Positions 1 to 9,667 of a stretch of DNA of 41,975 bases are shown here, piece by piece. Position 1 is the first letter of the stretch. Every line of letters starts with the position of its first letter. The notes beneath the pieces were generated by a model. It made no database searches, was not told the origin of the DNA, and saw only the letters and a program-made list of their open reading frames with translations. Both the position numbers and the translations under genes were made by a program. The DNA comes from an uncultured Micrococcaceae bacterium (GTDB lineage Bacteria > Actinomycetota > Actinomycetes > Actinomycetales > Micrococcaceae). The DNA is taken from contig CAYZBX010000003.1 in assembly GCA_964476735.1 (NCBI GenBank), positions 1-41,975 on the forward strand, read 5' to 3'.

Positions 1-219
1 GGCTCCGAGTTCGGCGGCCGCCACGAGCTCTACGAGCGCAACTACTCCGGCAACCACGAGAACGTGAAGTCCGAGCTGCTCCCCGGCGCCCAGGGCCAGG
101 GCCACACCGATGTCATGCACGGCATGGTGGAGCAGTGCATGAGCGAATACGATCTGGACGGCTGGACCGTGCCGGACCTGATCGGCAACGACGACGTGTT
201 CCTCTTCGGGAAGAAGTAG
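1..219 (+). CDS. hpaB: 4-hydroxyphenylacetate 3-monooxygenase / phenol hydroxylase oxygenase component, C-terminal part (5' truncated by the window)
   Basis: Frame +1 reads [23 protein letters not shown]...[27 protein letters not shown], matching the HpaB/PheA1 C-terminus ([15 protein letters not shown] ... C.SEYD..GWTVP.L). Not in the ORF track because it has no start. Confidence 0.9.
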   Translation, partial: GSEFGGRHELYERNYSGNHENVKSELLPGAQGQGHTDVMHGMVEQCMSEYDLDGWTVPDLIGNDDVFLFGKK

Positions 220-262
220 TCCGAATCAGCGGTCGTCACGACTGCGAGCATAAACGAGCGAG

Positions 263-302
263 GCCGGTGACCGTCCCCAAGATCACGGGGCGGGTCACCG
301 GC
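263..302. terminator. Stem-loop between convergent genes, probable terminator
   Basis: GCCGGTGACC...GGTCACCGGC inverted repeat with inner CCCC/GGGG pairing, between hpaB (+) and the small gene (-). Confidence 0.6.
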
Positions 303-365
303 GTTCGGTGTGCCACAACAACCTCAGACCCCCCAGACAAATGTGGGCGTTCTGTACAGCCGTTT

Positions 366-554
366 CTAGTCGTCGGACTTCTTGCTGTCTGACTTCTTGT
401 CTTCTTTGGTCCGGCCTTCCTTGCTGCGCTGCTTGTTCACGGTGCGGGCGGCGATCTCCTCCGCGCGTTCCTCGCTGCGGCCGCGCTCCTTTTCGCTGTC
501 CTTCACGTGTTCGTACTGCCGTTCGTCCTTCTTCGACCAAGCCTTCTGCGGCAT
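366..554 (-). CDS. Small conserved charged protein of unknown function (ERQYEH.K.S...AARTVNK family)
   Basis: MPQKAWSKKDERQYEHVKDSEKERGRSEERAEEIAARTVNKQR; strong AAAGGAG RBS 6 nt before the ATG. Confidence 0.8.
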   Translation of the reverse strand: MPQKAWSKKDERQYEHVKDSEKERGRSEERAEEIAARTVNKQRSKEGRTKEDKKSDSKKSDD

Positions 555-640
555 CACGGTCTCCTTTCGGCAACGTCATTCCAGTCTGCAGGAATCGGGG
601 CTGCGACGGAACCCCTCATCGGGAGTTCGTGCTGAGCCGG

Positions 641-1768
641 CTAGTCGCTCGGGGCGGCCGGATCCAGCTCTAGGATCCGGTCATCGCCGTCGCTCGGCTC
701 GCCACGGCCATCGGTGTTGTTCGTCAGCACCCACAGCTTGTTCTCGGGGCTGACCACCACGTCCCGGATCCTGCCGTACTCGCTTAACGCCATGGAGGAT
801 TCGGTGGGATCGGCCACCGGCACCGCGCGCAGCGACTGGCCGCGCAGATTCGCGATGTAGATATGCCCGCCCACGATGGCGACGCCGCTGGGGCTGGCCT
901 CGGCCGGTTTCCACACCTGCAGCGGGGCGGTGCTGTCCCCGTCGTGATCGGACGGCATGCCCTCAACCTGCGGCCAGCCGTAGTTCTTGCCCGGCTCGAT
1001 GAGGTTCAGCTCGTCCCAGTCGCTCGCCCCGAACTCGGAGGCGAAGAGTTTGCCGTCCTCGTCCCACGCCAGCCCCTGGATGTTGCGGTGTCCCAGCGAG
1101 TAGACCGGGGAGTCGGGATCGGGGTTGTCGGCAGGAATCGTGCCGTCTGGGTTCAGGCGCAGGATCTTTCCGGCTAGGGAGCCCGCGTCCTGGGCCAGCG
1201 CACCGTTGGCGGCGTCCCCGGTGGCCACATACAGTTTGCCGTCGGGACCGAAAGCGATGCGCCCGCCGTTGTGGATCGAAGCCGCTGGGATCTGCTCGAT
1301 GATGGTGGTCGGTTCGCCCAGACCCAGCTGCGTGTCGTCGCCGGTCAGCGGGTAACGCTGAACCCGGTTGCCGTCATCCCCGGTGGAGTACACGTACAGG
1401 CTCCCCTCATCTTCCGGGTTGACGGCCAAACCCAGCAGCCCGCCCTCGCCACCGGTGCGCACCCCTGCGATGGTGGCGACCTCGGCGGTGGAGCCGTCTT
1501 CGGCCAGCTGCAGGATCTTGGCGCTATTGCGCTCGCTGACCAAGGGCACCGGGTCCTGACCCTCGCGGGTGACAAACGCGATCGACCAGGGTGCCGTCAA
1601 TCCTGTGGCCACATCCACCGGGGCCGTCCGGTCGGCTTGGCCCGCCGTTGATTGGTCCGGCGTGGGTTCGCCGCCGGGTTTCGCCGGGTCCTGCTGACAA
1701 CCGGTCAACAGCAGCCCGGTCGCCACCGCGAGGGTCGTGAAAAGGTAGGCGGACGAGCGGGTTTTCAT
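641..1768 (-). CDS. PQQ-dependent glucose/sorbosone dehydrogenase family lipoprotein
   Basis: Lipobox LLLTGC; motifs GEGGLLGLA, HNGGRIAFGPDGKLYVATGD, LAGKILR, GHRNIQGLAWD, DELN, YGRIRDV. Confidence 0.9.
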   Translation of the reverse strand: MKTRSSAYLFTTLAVATGLLLTGCQQDPAKPGGEPTPDQSTAGQADRTAPVDVATGLTAPWSIAFVTREGQDPVPLVSERNSAKILQLAEDGSTAEVATIAGVRTGGEGGLLGLAVNPEDEGSLYVYSTGDDGNRVQRYPLTGDDTQLGLGEPTTIIEQIPAASIHNGGRIAFGPDGKLYVATGDAANGALAQDAGSLAGKILRLNPDGTIPADNPDPDSPVYSLGHRNIQGLAWDEDGKLFASEFGASDWDELNLIEPGKNYGWPQVEGMPSDHDGDSTAPLQVWKPAEASPSGVAIVGGHIYIANLRGQSLRAVPVADPTESSMALSEYGRIRDVVVSPENKLWVLTNNTDGRGEPSDGDDRILELDPAAPSD

Positions 1769-1798
1769 GAGCAAGCCCCTGAAGTTGGTACCAAAGGT

Positions 1799-2293
1799 TT
1801 ACTGCAGCGGGATGTCCTTGCCCACCTCGGCCGCGGTGCGTGGCCCGGTGAAACGGCGCTCCGACTCAGCGATCTGCACGTCGTTGATGGACGCCTCCCG
1901 GCGGGCCATCAGGCCCTCGTCGGTGAACTCCCACAGCTCGTTGCCGTAGCTGCGCCACCACTGGCCGGTCTCGTCATACCACTCGTACTGGAAGCGCACC
2001 CCGATCCGGTTTTCGGAGTAGGACCACAGGGATTTGCGCAGCACGTACCCGTTCTCCTTCTCCCATTTGCGGGTCAGGAACTCGACGATGGCCTCCCGCC
2101 CGGCAAAGAACTCCTCCCGGTTCCGCCAGCGTGAATCCGGGGTGTACGCCAGCGCCACCCGGTGCGGGTCCTTGGTGTTCCAAGCGTCCTCGGCCGCTTG
2201 GACCTTCTTGCGTGCGGTCTCCTCAGTGAACGGTGGAAACGGCGGGCGCGGCTCGGCCACGCTCAGATCGACGGAAGCGTCACTGTGTTCCAT
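1799..2293 (-). CDS. DUF1348 / NTF2 (SnoaL-like) family protein
   Basis: [44 protein letters not shown]...[11 protein letters not shown] signature. Confidence 0.9.
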   Translation of the reverse strand: MEHSDASVDLSVAEPRPPFPPFTEETARKKVQAAEDAWNTKDPHRVALAYTPDSRWRNREEFFAGREAIVEFLTRKWEKENGYVLRKSLWSYSENRIGVRFQYEWYDETGQWWRSYGNELWEFTDEGLMARREASINDVQIAESERRFTGPRTAAEVGKDIPLQ

Positions 2294-2384
2294 GGGTCCC
2301 TTTCGCAGACAAACCTTGTCCTTCCACCCTAGCCAAGCCCGCCACCGCGGTAACAGGGGTCAACTGCGGGACAGGTTAAAGGCA

Positions 2385-2425
2385 ACGGCCGGGACATCGA
2401 ACCACAGGGTCCGCGTCCCGGCCGT
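2385..2425 (-). terminator. Probable terminator hairpin downstream of the SDR gene
   Basis: Perfect 11-bp inverted repeat ACGGCCGGGAC / GTCCCGGCCGT. Confidence 0.55.
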
Positions 2426-2452
2426 CAACAGGATTGCTCGGCAGGCGCTGGC

Positions 2453-3310
2453 TTAGATGGCGTTCCAACCGTCGGCGGTGGCCAGCGTCACGCCGGTGAT
2501 GTTCTTCGCCTCATCCAGCAGCAGGTAGATGATGTTCGCGGCGACCAGCTCGGCGGAAGCCATCCGGGTGCCCGCGCCCTGCATGATCGGGCCCAAGGTC
2601 TCCCCGGTGTACGCGGACCGGAACTGGCCATCGACGTTGGTGATGGTGCCGCCCGGGGCCACCGCGTTCACGCGGATGTTGTGTTTGCGGTACAGCAGCG
2701 CTGCGTTGCGGGTCAGCCCGATCATCGCGTGTTTGGAGGTGGTGTACGCGGTGCCGGCCGCGCCCCCGGAAATCCCGGCCAGCGAAGCCACGTTCACGAC
2801 CGCGCCGTCGTTCTGCCCCATCATCTTCTTCAGCGCCGGCCGGGTCATCTTGACCACGGAGCCAACGTTGACGGCCATGATCTTTTCGTACCAGTCGTCC
2901 TGAAGCTCATGCAGCGGAATGAAACCGTCCATGATGCCGGCGTTGTTGACCAGCCCGTCCAGCTTGCGCTCGCCCACGGCCTCGTAGACCCGCGCAATGT
3001 CCTCGTTGCTGGTCACATCCGCGGTCACCGCGATGAACTCGCCGACGCCCTCGGTCGCGTCATTGGCCAGCACACCGGCCAGCTCCTCAAGGCCTTCCGG
3101 GTTCAGGTCGACGCCGACGACGGTGCCGCCTTCACGCACAATCCGGGATGCGGCAGCGCGGCCGATGCCGGATCCGGCGCCGGTGACGACGACGGTCTTG
3201 CCCTTGAAGCGGCCCGGGTTGATGACCTCTTCCCACTCCAGCAGCGGTGGCATCTGGATAACCTGTTCTTCGGACATGGTGACCTCTTTTCCGTCGATGA
3301 TGGTCTTCAT
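2453..3310 (-). CDS. Classical short-chain dehydrogenase/reductase (SDR)
   Basis: TGAGSGIG, NNAG, catalytic S and YTTSK, IRVNAVAPG. The start could be the second Met. Confidence 0.9.
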   Translation of the reverse strand: MKTIIDGKEVTMSEEQVIQMPPLLEWEEVINPGRFKGKTVVVTGAGSGIGRAAASRIVREGGTVVGVDLNPEGLEELAGVLANDATEGVGEFIAVTADVTSNEDIARVYEAVGERKLDGLVNNAGIMDGFIPLHELQDDWYEKIMAVNVGSVVKMTRPALKKMMGQNDGAVVNVASLAGISGGAAGTAYTTSKHAMIGLTRNAALLYRKHNIRVNAVAPGGTITNVDGQFRSAYTGETLGPIMQGAGTRMASAELVAANIIYLLLDEAKNITGVTLATADGWNAI

Positions 3311-3443
3311 CTCCAGCCTATCGAGCCGGCGTCAGCCCCGCCGTGATGGCCCGCACAAAGCACCGGCTTCCGGGCAGTATTTACCGCGCGTTCACCAGAC
3401 GTCAGCACGGGGTGCCAGTCGGTCCGGGCGGAACCGGGAGTCG

Positions 3444-4058
3444 TTAGCGGGACTCGCGCAGATCCGGCGCGCGCCAGACTTCGCCCAGTGTGCCCCACTC
3501 GTCCCGACCCATCCGGGTGATCGGGGCGAGCTGTTTCGCATCCGGCAGAGTGCGGCCGCGCTCGTCCTCGCGTAGCACCGCGTTGTCGATCTCGATGTGG
3601 ACCACCTCGCCCAGCACCAGTTGGCCGGCGCCGACGTCGACTACCTCGTGCAGGCGGCACTCGATGGAGACCGGGCTCTCGGCCAACCGCGGCACTCCGA
3701 TGACCGTCGACGGCGCTGTGGCTAGGCCTAGGGCGTCGATCTCGGATTCCTCCGGCGGGTAGTTCGCGGAGGAGTCGTTGCAGGTGTGGAAGTCGGCCTC
3801 GGTCGGGATGTGCACCACGAACTCCTTGGTCTCCTTGATGTTCCGCAGGGTGTCCTTCAACCCGACGGAGGAGAACGCCAGCACGGCCGGCTTCGGGGAG
3901 ACGAGGTTAAAGAAGGAATGCGGGGCTAAGTTCAGCACCCCCTCGGCGGACCGCGACACCACCCAGGCGATCGGCCGCGGGATCACCGCCGCCTTCAGCA
4001 CGTTGAAGAACTCCGGCGGGGTGAAATCCTGCGGTCGGTAGACCCTGCGCTCGCTCAT
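3444..4058 (-). CDS. Flavin reductase-like FMN-binding split-barrel protein
   Basis: VIPRPIAWV, NLAPHSFFN, KDTLRNI..T.EFVV, PRL.ESPV..EC; 4-nt overlap with the purB stop. Confidence 0.88.
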   Translation of the reverse strand: MSERRVYRPQDFTPPEFFNVLKAAVIPRPIAWVVSRSAEGVLNLAPHSFFNLVSPKPAVLAFSSVGLKDTLRNIKETKEFVVHIPTEADFHTCNDSSANYPPEESEIDALGLATAPSTVIGVPRLAESPVSIECRLHEVVDVGAGQLVLGEVVHIEIDNAVLREDERGRTLPDAKQLAPITRMGRDEWGTLGEVWRAPDLRESR

Positions 4059-5476
4059 GCGGAAAACTCCTTGGCCAGCTGGGATGCCACCCCGGTGTAC
4101 AGGGCCGGGGTCAGCTTCAACAGGCGGGCCTCGGCGTCGGCCGGCAGCCCGAGGGAGGAGACGAACTCCTGCATCCGGGCCGCGTCCACGCGCTGTCCGC
4201 GGGTCAGGTCCTTCAACCGCTCGTACGGGTTCTCCATCCCCGGTGCCCCGCCGAGGCCCTCGGCGCGCATCACGGTCTGGATGGCCTCGCCCAGCACCTC
4301 CCAGTTCAGGTCTAGGTCCTCGGCCAACCGGTCGGTGTCCACCGCCAGCTGGCCCAGCCCCTTGAGCACGTTGGACAGCGCCAACACCGAGTGACCGTAA
4401 GCCACCCCGATGTTGCGCTGCGAGGAGGAGTCGGTCAGATCGCGCTGCCAGCGGGACTGCACCAAGGTGGCGCCCAGCGTGTTCAGCAGCCCGTTGGAGA
4501 TCTCGAGGTTCGCCTCGGCGTTCTCGAACCGGATCGGGTTCACCTTGTGCGGCATGGTGGAGGAACCGGTCGCCCCCGCCACCGGGATCTGCTTGAAGTA
4601 GCCGATGGAGATGTAGGACCAGATGTCCACCGCGAACGAGTGCAGGATCTGGTTGAAGCGCGCGATGTCGGCGTACAGTTCCGCCTGCCAGTCGTGGTTC
4701 TCAATCTGCGTGGTCAACGGGTTCCAGGTCAGACCCAACCCGGTCACGAAGGTCCGGGAGATCTCCTGCCAGTCGACCGCCGGGGCGGCGGCCACGTGCG
4801 CGGCGTAGGTACCGGTCGCGCCGTTGATCTTGCCTAGGTACTGCTGATTCTCGATGCGGTTGATCTGCCGGCCCAGCCGGAACGCGAACACCGCCATCTC
4901 GCGGCCTAGCGTCGTCGGGGTTGCCGGCTGGCCGTGGGTGCGGGAGAGCATCGGGGTCTCGGCGTGCTCGGCGGCGAGCTCCTTGATCTTGGCGACCACG
5001 GCCTTCGCCGCGGGCAACCACACCTGCTCGGTGGCGTCCTTCACCCCGAGGGCGTAGGAGAGGTTGTTGATGTCCTCGGAGGTGCAGGCAAAGTGCACCA
5101 GCGGGGTCAGCTCGGCCAACCCGAGCCCCTCCAGCCGGCGGCCGATGTAGTATTCCACGGCCTTCACGTCGTGGACCGTCACGGCCTCGATCTCGGCCAG
5201 CTCTGCGGCGGAGTCGGCGTCGAAGTCCAGCACGATCCGGCGCAGCCCGTCCTTCTGCTCCGCGGTTAGCGGGGCCAGCCCCGGCAGCACCGAGCGCTCG
5301 CACAGGTGAATGAACCACTCCACCTCCACGTGGATCCGGTCCCGGTTCAGCGCGGCCTCGGAAAGGTAGTCCACCAGTGGAGCCGCGGCGGCGCGGTAGC
5401 GGCCATCGAGCGGCCCTAGGGCGATGTCGGTGTGAGCAAGACGGGTGCGGCCATCGGCAATACGGTCAGAAGTCAC
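4055..5476 (-). CDS. purB: Adenylosuccinate lyase
   Basis: PLDGRY, HDVKAVEY, HFACTSEDINN, RTHGQPATPTT, GSSTMPHKVNPIRFENAE, SRWQRDLTDS. GTG start at 5476 after GGAGGAG; the ORF-track extension is spurious. Confidence 0.97.
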   Translation of the reverse strand: MTSDRIADGRTRLAHTDIALGPLDGRYRAAAAPLVDYLSEAALNRDRIHVEVEWFIHLCERSVLPGLAPLTAEQKDGLRRIVLDFDADSAAELAEIEAVTVHDVKAVEYYIGRRLEGLGLAELTPLVHFACTSEDINNLSYALGVKDATEQVWLPAAKAVVAKIKELAAEHAETPMLSRTHGQPATPTTLGREMAVFAFRLGRQINRIENQQYLGKINGATGTYAAHVAAAPAVDWQEISRTFVTGLGLTWNPLTTQIENHDWQAELYADIARFNQILHSFAVDIWSYISIGYFKQIPVAGATGSSTMPHKVNPIRFENAEANLEISNGLLNTLGATLVQSRWQRDLTDSSSQRNIGVAYGHSVLALSNVLKGLGQLAVDTDRLAEDLDLNWEVLGEAIQTVMRAEGLGGAPGMENPYERLKDLTRGQRVDAARMQEFVSSLGLPADAEARLLKLTPALYTGVASQLAKEFSA

Positions 5477-5728
5477 GGTGGAAGGCTCCTCCAAGGCAGG
5501 GGTTAGCAAGAGATTCGCTCCCATTCTCCCACTTTTGCGCACCGGCCGCCGCTTCGGCCCCGCCGATGACGCGGTTCGGCAGCCAGCGCCGTCGAACCGA
5601 CCTCTCCACAACCGGCCCCGCCGGCGGGACCCCACCCACACCCGCGCGGCGATCGCCACCGGCTGTCGGTACGCCCCGCACCATCGAAGGCAGCAGCACA
5701 GCGCACCCGAGCGGAAGGAACGAGCGAC

Positions 5729-6247
5729 ATGTTGCAAAGCGAAGTGCGAGGCATTCTCACCGGCAGCCTGCTCGTCATCGACGCCCAACAACTGCTCGTG
5801 AAGGCCACCGCCGCGGCCGTGCTCGCCGAGTTCCAAGCTGACATCGCCACCGCGCTGCGACCGCTGTACACGCTGCGCAAACACCTGCTTGAGGCCAAGC
5901 CGGCGCTCACCGCGGCCGCAAAGGTCGGCGCGACGGCAGCCAAGCTGCGCTGGCAATCACCGGCCGCCACCATGTTCCGGGCCAGCCTCAAGCTGCACCA
6001 GGACGACGTCGCTGCCCTAGCCAAGCAGCACGCGGCGGAATTGGCCCTCGTCGAACAACACATCGTGAAGATGGAGACCGTGGCCCGCAAGCTCACCACC
6101 TTGGACCCCATCGTGGTGGCCACCACCGCGGCGCAGCTGACCGGGCACACCGTCGTCGCGGTCGTCACCGAAGGGGTCGCGAAGCTGGGCCAACAGGCGC
6201 AACAGCTGGCGCCGCACACCCTAGGACCGGTGATGCTGCATGGCTGA
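5729..6247 (+). CDS. Hypothetical helical protein with a WXG100-like W-x-S-x-AA-x-x-F motif
   Basis: RBS GAAGGA; Ala/Leu-rich helical sequence with LRWQSPAATMFR; overlaps the next gene by 8 nt. Confidence 0.7.
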   Translation: MLQSEVRGILTGSLLVIDAQQLLVKATAAAVLAEFQADIATALRPLYTLRKHLLEAKPALTAAAKVGATAAKLRWQSPAATMFRASLKLHQDDVAALAKQHAAELALVEQHIVKMETVARKLTTLDPIVVATTAAQLTGHTVVAVVTEGVAKLGQQAQQLAPHTLGPVMLHG

Positions 6248-7757
6248 GCTGGTCGAGGCGCTCGCTGGCGGCCGCATCAGCGGCGGGGCTGACTCCATCG
6301 TCGCGGTCCTCGAGGAGATGACGACGGCGGCCACGGCGTTACGCGCTGCAAGCCAATCGCTCACCGGCTATCAGCGGCACCTGCTGCTGGCCCAGCTGAC
6401 CAACATTACCGCCGCCCCGCCGCGCATCCCGCTGCTGGTCCCGTGGTGGGGCGCGGCCATGATCAGCTGCACCAACCGGGTCGCCAAGCTGCAATTGACG
6501 GCCAGCAAGGTCCAGGGACAGGCCGCGCTGCTGGCCACCGGCCTGGCCCGCGCCCGGCAGGCCTACGCCACCGTCGAACTCGAGATCGCCCGGCGCTTCA
6601 ACGAAATCAACAAGTACCCGGCGCTGCTGCGGGCCGGCACCGCACTGATCAGCGGCGGCCGGCCCACCGGCGCGGACGTCGAGGCGGTCATCGAGAACGC
6701 GCCGGCCTACCTCGGCGACCTGCTTTACCTGAGCAGCCCGCTGGCGTTCGCAATCGGTTCGGCCGCACTCGGCCCCGCCGGCGGGTTGGCCCTCGGCGGA
6801 CTGGCCCGGGCCGGCGGCATGGCGCTGGCGACGCTGCGGCAACATCGCTACGGCGGCATGTTCGACACCTCGCTGGCCGAACGGCTCTACCCGAGCATCA
6901 CCAAGATCGTCGGCCCCGCCCTCAAGCTCAACATCCAACCGGTCGCCGTCAGCCGGCTGGGTCCGGCGCAGCAGCATCAGATCAGCCCAGACGTGGCGGG
7001 GCTGCTCGGCCTCGTGCCCAGTAACGACGGCGAGGACGCCGGAACCATTACCGTCACCACCAGCACCGCAGCCGACGGCAGCAGCCACGTCATCGTCGGG
7101 TTGCCGGGCACCGAGGGCGCGGCCGCCAACCAGGCGGCAGGTGGGACCTCGCCGTTTGGGATCAACGGTTTGGCGGAGGCCACCACGCTAGGCAGCCAGC
7201 ACGTCACCGCCGGTGTGCTGGATGCGCTGGAGGAAGCCGGCGTGCCGCCCGGCAGCGCCGTCACCCTCGTCGGCTTCAGTCAAGGCGGGGTGCATGCGGT
7301 CAACGTGGCCACCGACCAACGCTTCAGCAAGAAATACCGGCTGGGCATGGTCGTCACGGCCGGGTCGCCGGTCGCGCAGCAGGCCGCCAAGCTGCCCAGC
7401 GAGACCAAGACCCTGCACCTAGAGCACCGCGATGACCCGGTCCCCGGCTTCGACGGCAAGGCCAACCCGCACTCGATCAACCGCATCACGGTGGAACTGA
7501 CCGGTTACGGGACCAAGGCCGAGGACGGGGCACTGTTCGGCAGGGGACACAACTTCGCCAACTACCGGGACCGGATCGGCGCGCTCGAGGCCGCTGACCC
7601 GGCTGCGCTTCGCCAGCACCGGGCGGCGTTGGCGGTGGCGCTGGGGGACAAGAGTATCGGGCACAGTCAAGGCGCGGCGCTTGGCCCCGGCGGACCGGTC
7701 ACGGTGGAGACCCGCAAGGTCACGCTGCGCCACGTACCGCCGCCAGCGCGGCCCTAG
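6240..7757 (+). CDS. Alpha/beta-hydrolase (lipase/PGAP1-like) with an N-terminal helical extension
   Basis: LPGT oxyanion segment, nucleophile VGFSQGG (S347), TAGSP, HRDDPVP (D399), GHN (H437). Confidence 0.82.
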   Translation: MAELVEALAGGRISGGADSIVAVLEEMTTAATALRAASQSLTGYQRHLLLAQLTNITAAPPRIPLLVPWWGAAMISCTNRVAKLQLTASKVQGQAALLATGLARARQAYATVELEIARRFNEINKYPALLRAGTALISGGRPTGADVEAVIENAPAYLGDLLYLSSPLAFAIGSAALGPAGGLALGGLARAGGMALATLRQHRYGGMFDTSLAERLYPSITKIVGPALKLNIQPVAVSRLGPAQQHQISPDVAGLLGLVPSNDGEDAGTITVTTSTAADGSSHVIVGLPGTEGAAANQAAGGTSPFGINGLAEATTLGSQHVTAGVLDALEEAGVPPGSAVTLVGFSQGGVHAVNVATDQRFSKKYRLGMVVTAGSPVAQQAAKLPSETKTLHLEHRDDPVPGFDGKANPHSINRITVELTGYGTKAEDGALFGRGHNFANYRDRIGALEAADPAALRQHRAALAVALGDKSIGHSQGAALGPGGPVTVETRKVTLRHVPPPARP

Positions 7758-8176
7758 CGCCCGGCCGGCGCCATCGCGGTCCGGGAAAAGAAGGCCAAGA
7801 GCGCGGAAACCAGCGAGATGATGATGCTGGCGCCCAGCCCCCACCAGAAGTTCTCCACGCTGAGCACGGCAGGGGAAAACTCGGACAACCACGCGGTCAA
7901 CAACACCATCAGCGTGTTGATCACCAGCGTGAACAGCCCCAGCGTGAGACAGGTCAACGGCAGCGACAGGAACTTCACGATCGGCCGCACCAGCGCGTTC
8001 ACCACGCCAAAGATCACCCCGACCAGCAGCAGCGCCAACAGATCCGCCAACGTCCGCTCCCCGCCGACGGCAGCCACCATGCCGGCGGAGGCGGAGATCC
8101 TCACCCCGTTGAGGATCAGCACGGCCGCGCCGAGCGCCAACGCGTTAATTACGACTTGGACAATGATCCGGAACAT
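7754..8176 (-). CDS. Phage-holin-family (YvlD / 4-TMS superfamily IV) membrane protein
   Basis: GVVNALVRPIVKFLSLPLTCLTLGLFTLVIN signature; four hydrophobic segments. Confidence 0.88.
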   Translation of the reverse strand: MFRIIVQVVINALALGAAVLILNGVRISASAGMVAAVGGERTLADLLALLLVGVIFGVVNALVRPIVKFLSLPLTCLTLGLFTLVINTLMVLLTAWLSEFSPAVLSVENFWWGLGASIIISLVSALLAFFSRTAMAPAGR

Positions 8177-8401
8177 GGCTCAATAATCTCACAAAGTGTC
8201 TCCCCGAAGCCCGGATCGGACGGAAAAATCAGGAATTTCCACCCCGGCTCTAAGAAAAAGCGTGATCTACGACATAGGCTTGGAGGCAACCGGAAGACAA
8301 CGCCGCACAGCGCGCAGTGAAACACCGCAGACAACGCCGTCTGGCGCCAAGCCTCGGCGCCCCTGCGCTGTCGGCCGCCAGCAACCAAGGAGACAGTTTT
8401 C

Positions 8402-9517
8402 ATGAGCGATCAGCCAGCGCAGCAGCCTCGCGGGGTCTACCCGCGCCCGGTCCTAGGCCAATTGCCGAAGTACGCCGCCGGCAAGGTGGCCGCACCGGTT
8501 GAGGGGCTCACCCCGTACAAGCTCTCCTCCAACGAGAACCCGTTCGGCCCGGTGCCCGCGGTGCATAAGGTGCTGGCCGAGTTCACCGACTACTGCCGCT
8601 ACCCGGACCCGATGGCCACCGCGCTGCGCGAACGCCTCGCCACCCACCTGGGCGTGCCGGCCGATGACATCGTCACCGGCGCCGGCTCCCTCGGCGCGCT
8701 CACCCAGCTCATCAACACCTTCGCCGGGGCCAACGACGACGGCGCCAAGGATGAAGTCATCTACGCCTGGCGCTCTTTCGAGGCCTACCCCATCGTGGTG
8801 CGCACCGCCGGGGCGCAGGACGTGCAGGTCCCGTTGACCGCCGACCTCCGGCACGATCTGGACGCCATGGCCGCCGCCATCACCGAGCGGACCCGGGTCA
8901 TCATCCTGTGCACCCCGAACAACCCGACCGGTCCGGTGCTGACCACCGCCGAGGTCGAGGACTTCATGACCAAGGTGCCCAGCCACGTGCTCGTGGTGAT
9001 CGACGAGGCCTACCTAGAATTCGTGCGTGCCGAGGACGCCGTCGACGGCGTCGCGATGTACCAGAAGTACCCCAACGTCGTCGCGCTGCGTACCTTCTCC
9101 AAGGCGCACGCGCTGGCCAACCTGCGCGTCGGCTACAGCCTGTCCAACCCGGAGCTGACCCAGCACCTGCGCGTCATCCAGACCCCGTTCGCGGTCTCCA
9201 CCGTCGCCTCCAACGCGGCCATCGCCTCGCTGGACGCCATCGAGGAGGTCATGGAGCGGGTCAGCCAGGTCGTCGCCGAACGCCAGCGGGTGCAGGCCGC
9301 CCTGCGGGAGCTGGGCTGGCCCATCCCGGAGTCGCACGCTAACTTCGTCTGGCTGCCGATGGGTGATCGAACCCAAGAGTTCGCGGCCAAGGCAAACGAG
9401 GTCGCCCTGTCGCTGCGCGCCTTCGGCGACGAGGGGCTGCGCGTGTCCATCGGCGAGGTCGAGGCGAACGACCGCTTCCTGCAGCTCTGCGCGGACAACC
9501 GGGACTTCCTCGGTTAA
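8402..9517 (+). CDS. pat: Class I/II PLP aminotransferase of the HisC family, most like the actinobacterial aromatic aminotransferase Pat
   Basis: KLSSNENP, WRSFEAYP, CTPNNPTG, IDEAY, RTFSKAH (PLP lysine); not in a his operon. Confidence 0.85.
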   Translation: MSDQPAQQPRGVYPRPVLGQLPKYAAGKVAAPVEGLTPYKLSSNENPFGPVPAVHKVLAEFTDYCRYPDPMATALRERLATHLGVPADDIVTGAGSLGALTQLINTFAGANDDGAKDEVIYAWRSFEAYPIVVRTAGAQDVQVPLTADLRHDLDAMAAAITERTRVIILCTPNNPTGPVLTTAEVEDFMTKVPSHVLVVIDEAYLEFVRAEDAVDGVAMYQKYPNVVALRTFSKAHALANLRVGYSLSNPELTQHLRVIQTPFAVSTVASNAAIASLDAIEEVMERVSQVVAERQRVQAALRELGWPIPESHANFVWLPMGDRTQEFAAKANEVALSLRAFGDEGLRVSIGEVEANDRFLQLCADNRDFLG

Positions 9518-9541
9518 ACCGCTGGCCACCAGCCGGGCGCC

Positions 9542-9593
9542 CCGGTTTTGTAAGGAAGTAACAAAATCGGCGGAACAAACCTGAAACCATAAT
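9542..9593 (+). promoter_or_regulatory. Inverted repeat plus candidate -10 element upstream of the 2-oxoacid dehydrogenase cluster
   Basis: CCGGTTTTGT-N9-ACAAAATCGG (9/10 match) at 9542-9570 and CATAAT at 9588-9593 in an AT-rich intergenic stretch. Confidence 0.4.
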
Positions 9594-9667
9594 GTTCCGC
9601 GTTTGTGCGGCCAAGACCGATACGCTGAAGAGAAGGTTAAATCCGCCCGCCAGCAAAAGGAGCCTGA

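Noticed and set aside
5477-5956. N-terminal extension of purB in the ORF track (similar extensions on codA, betT, the ABC ATPase and the SDR at 16018)
   Set aside because: Open-frame run-on typical of high GC; family homology and RBSs begin at the downstream starts.
7754-8176. Holin gene as evidence of a prophage
   Set aside because: No integrase, endolysin or structural genes; the family is commonly chromosomal.
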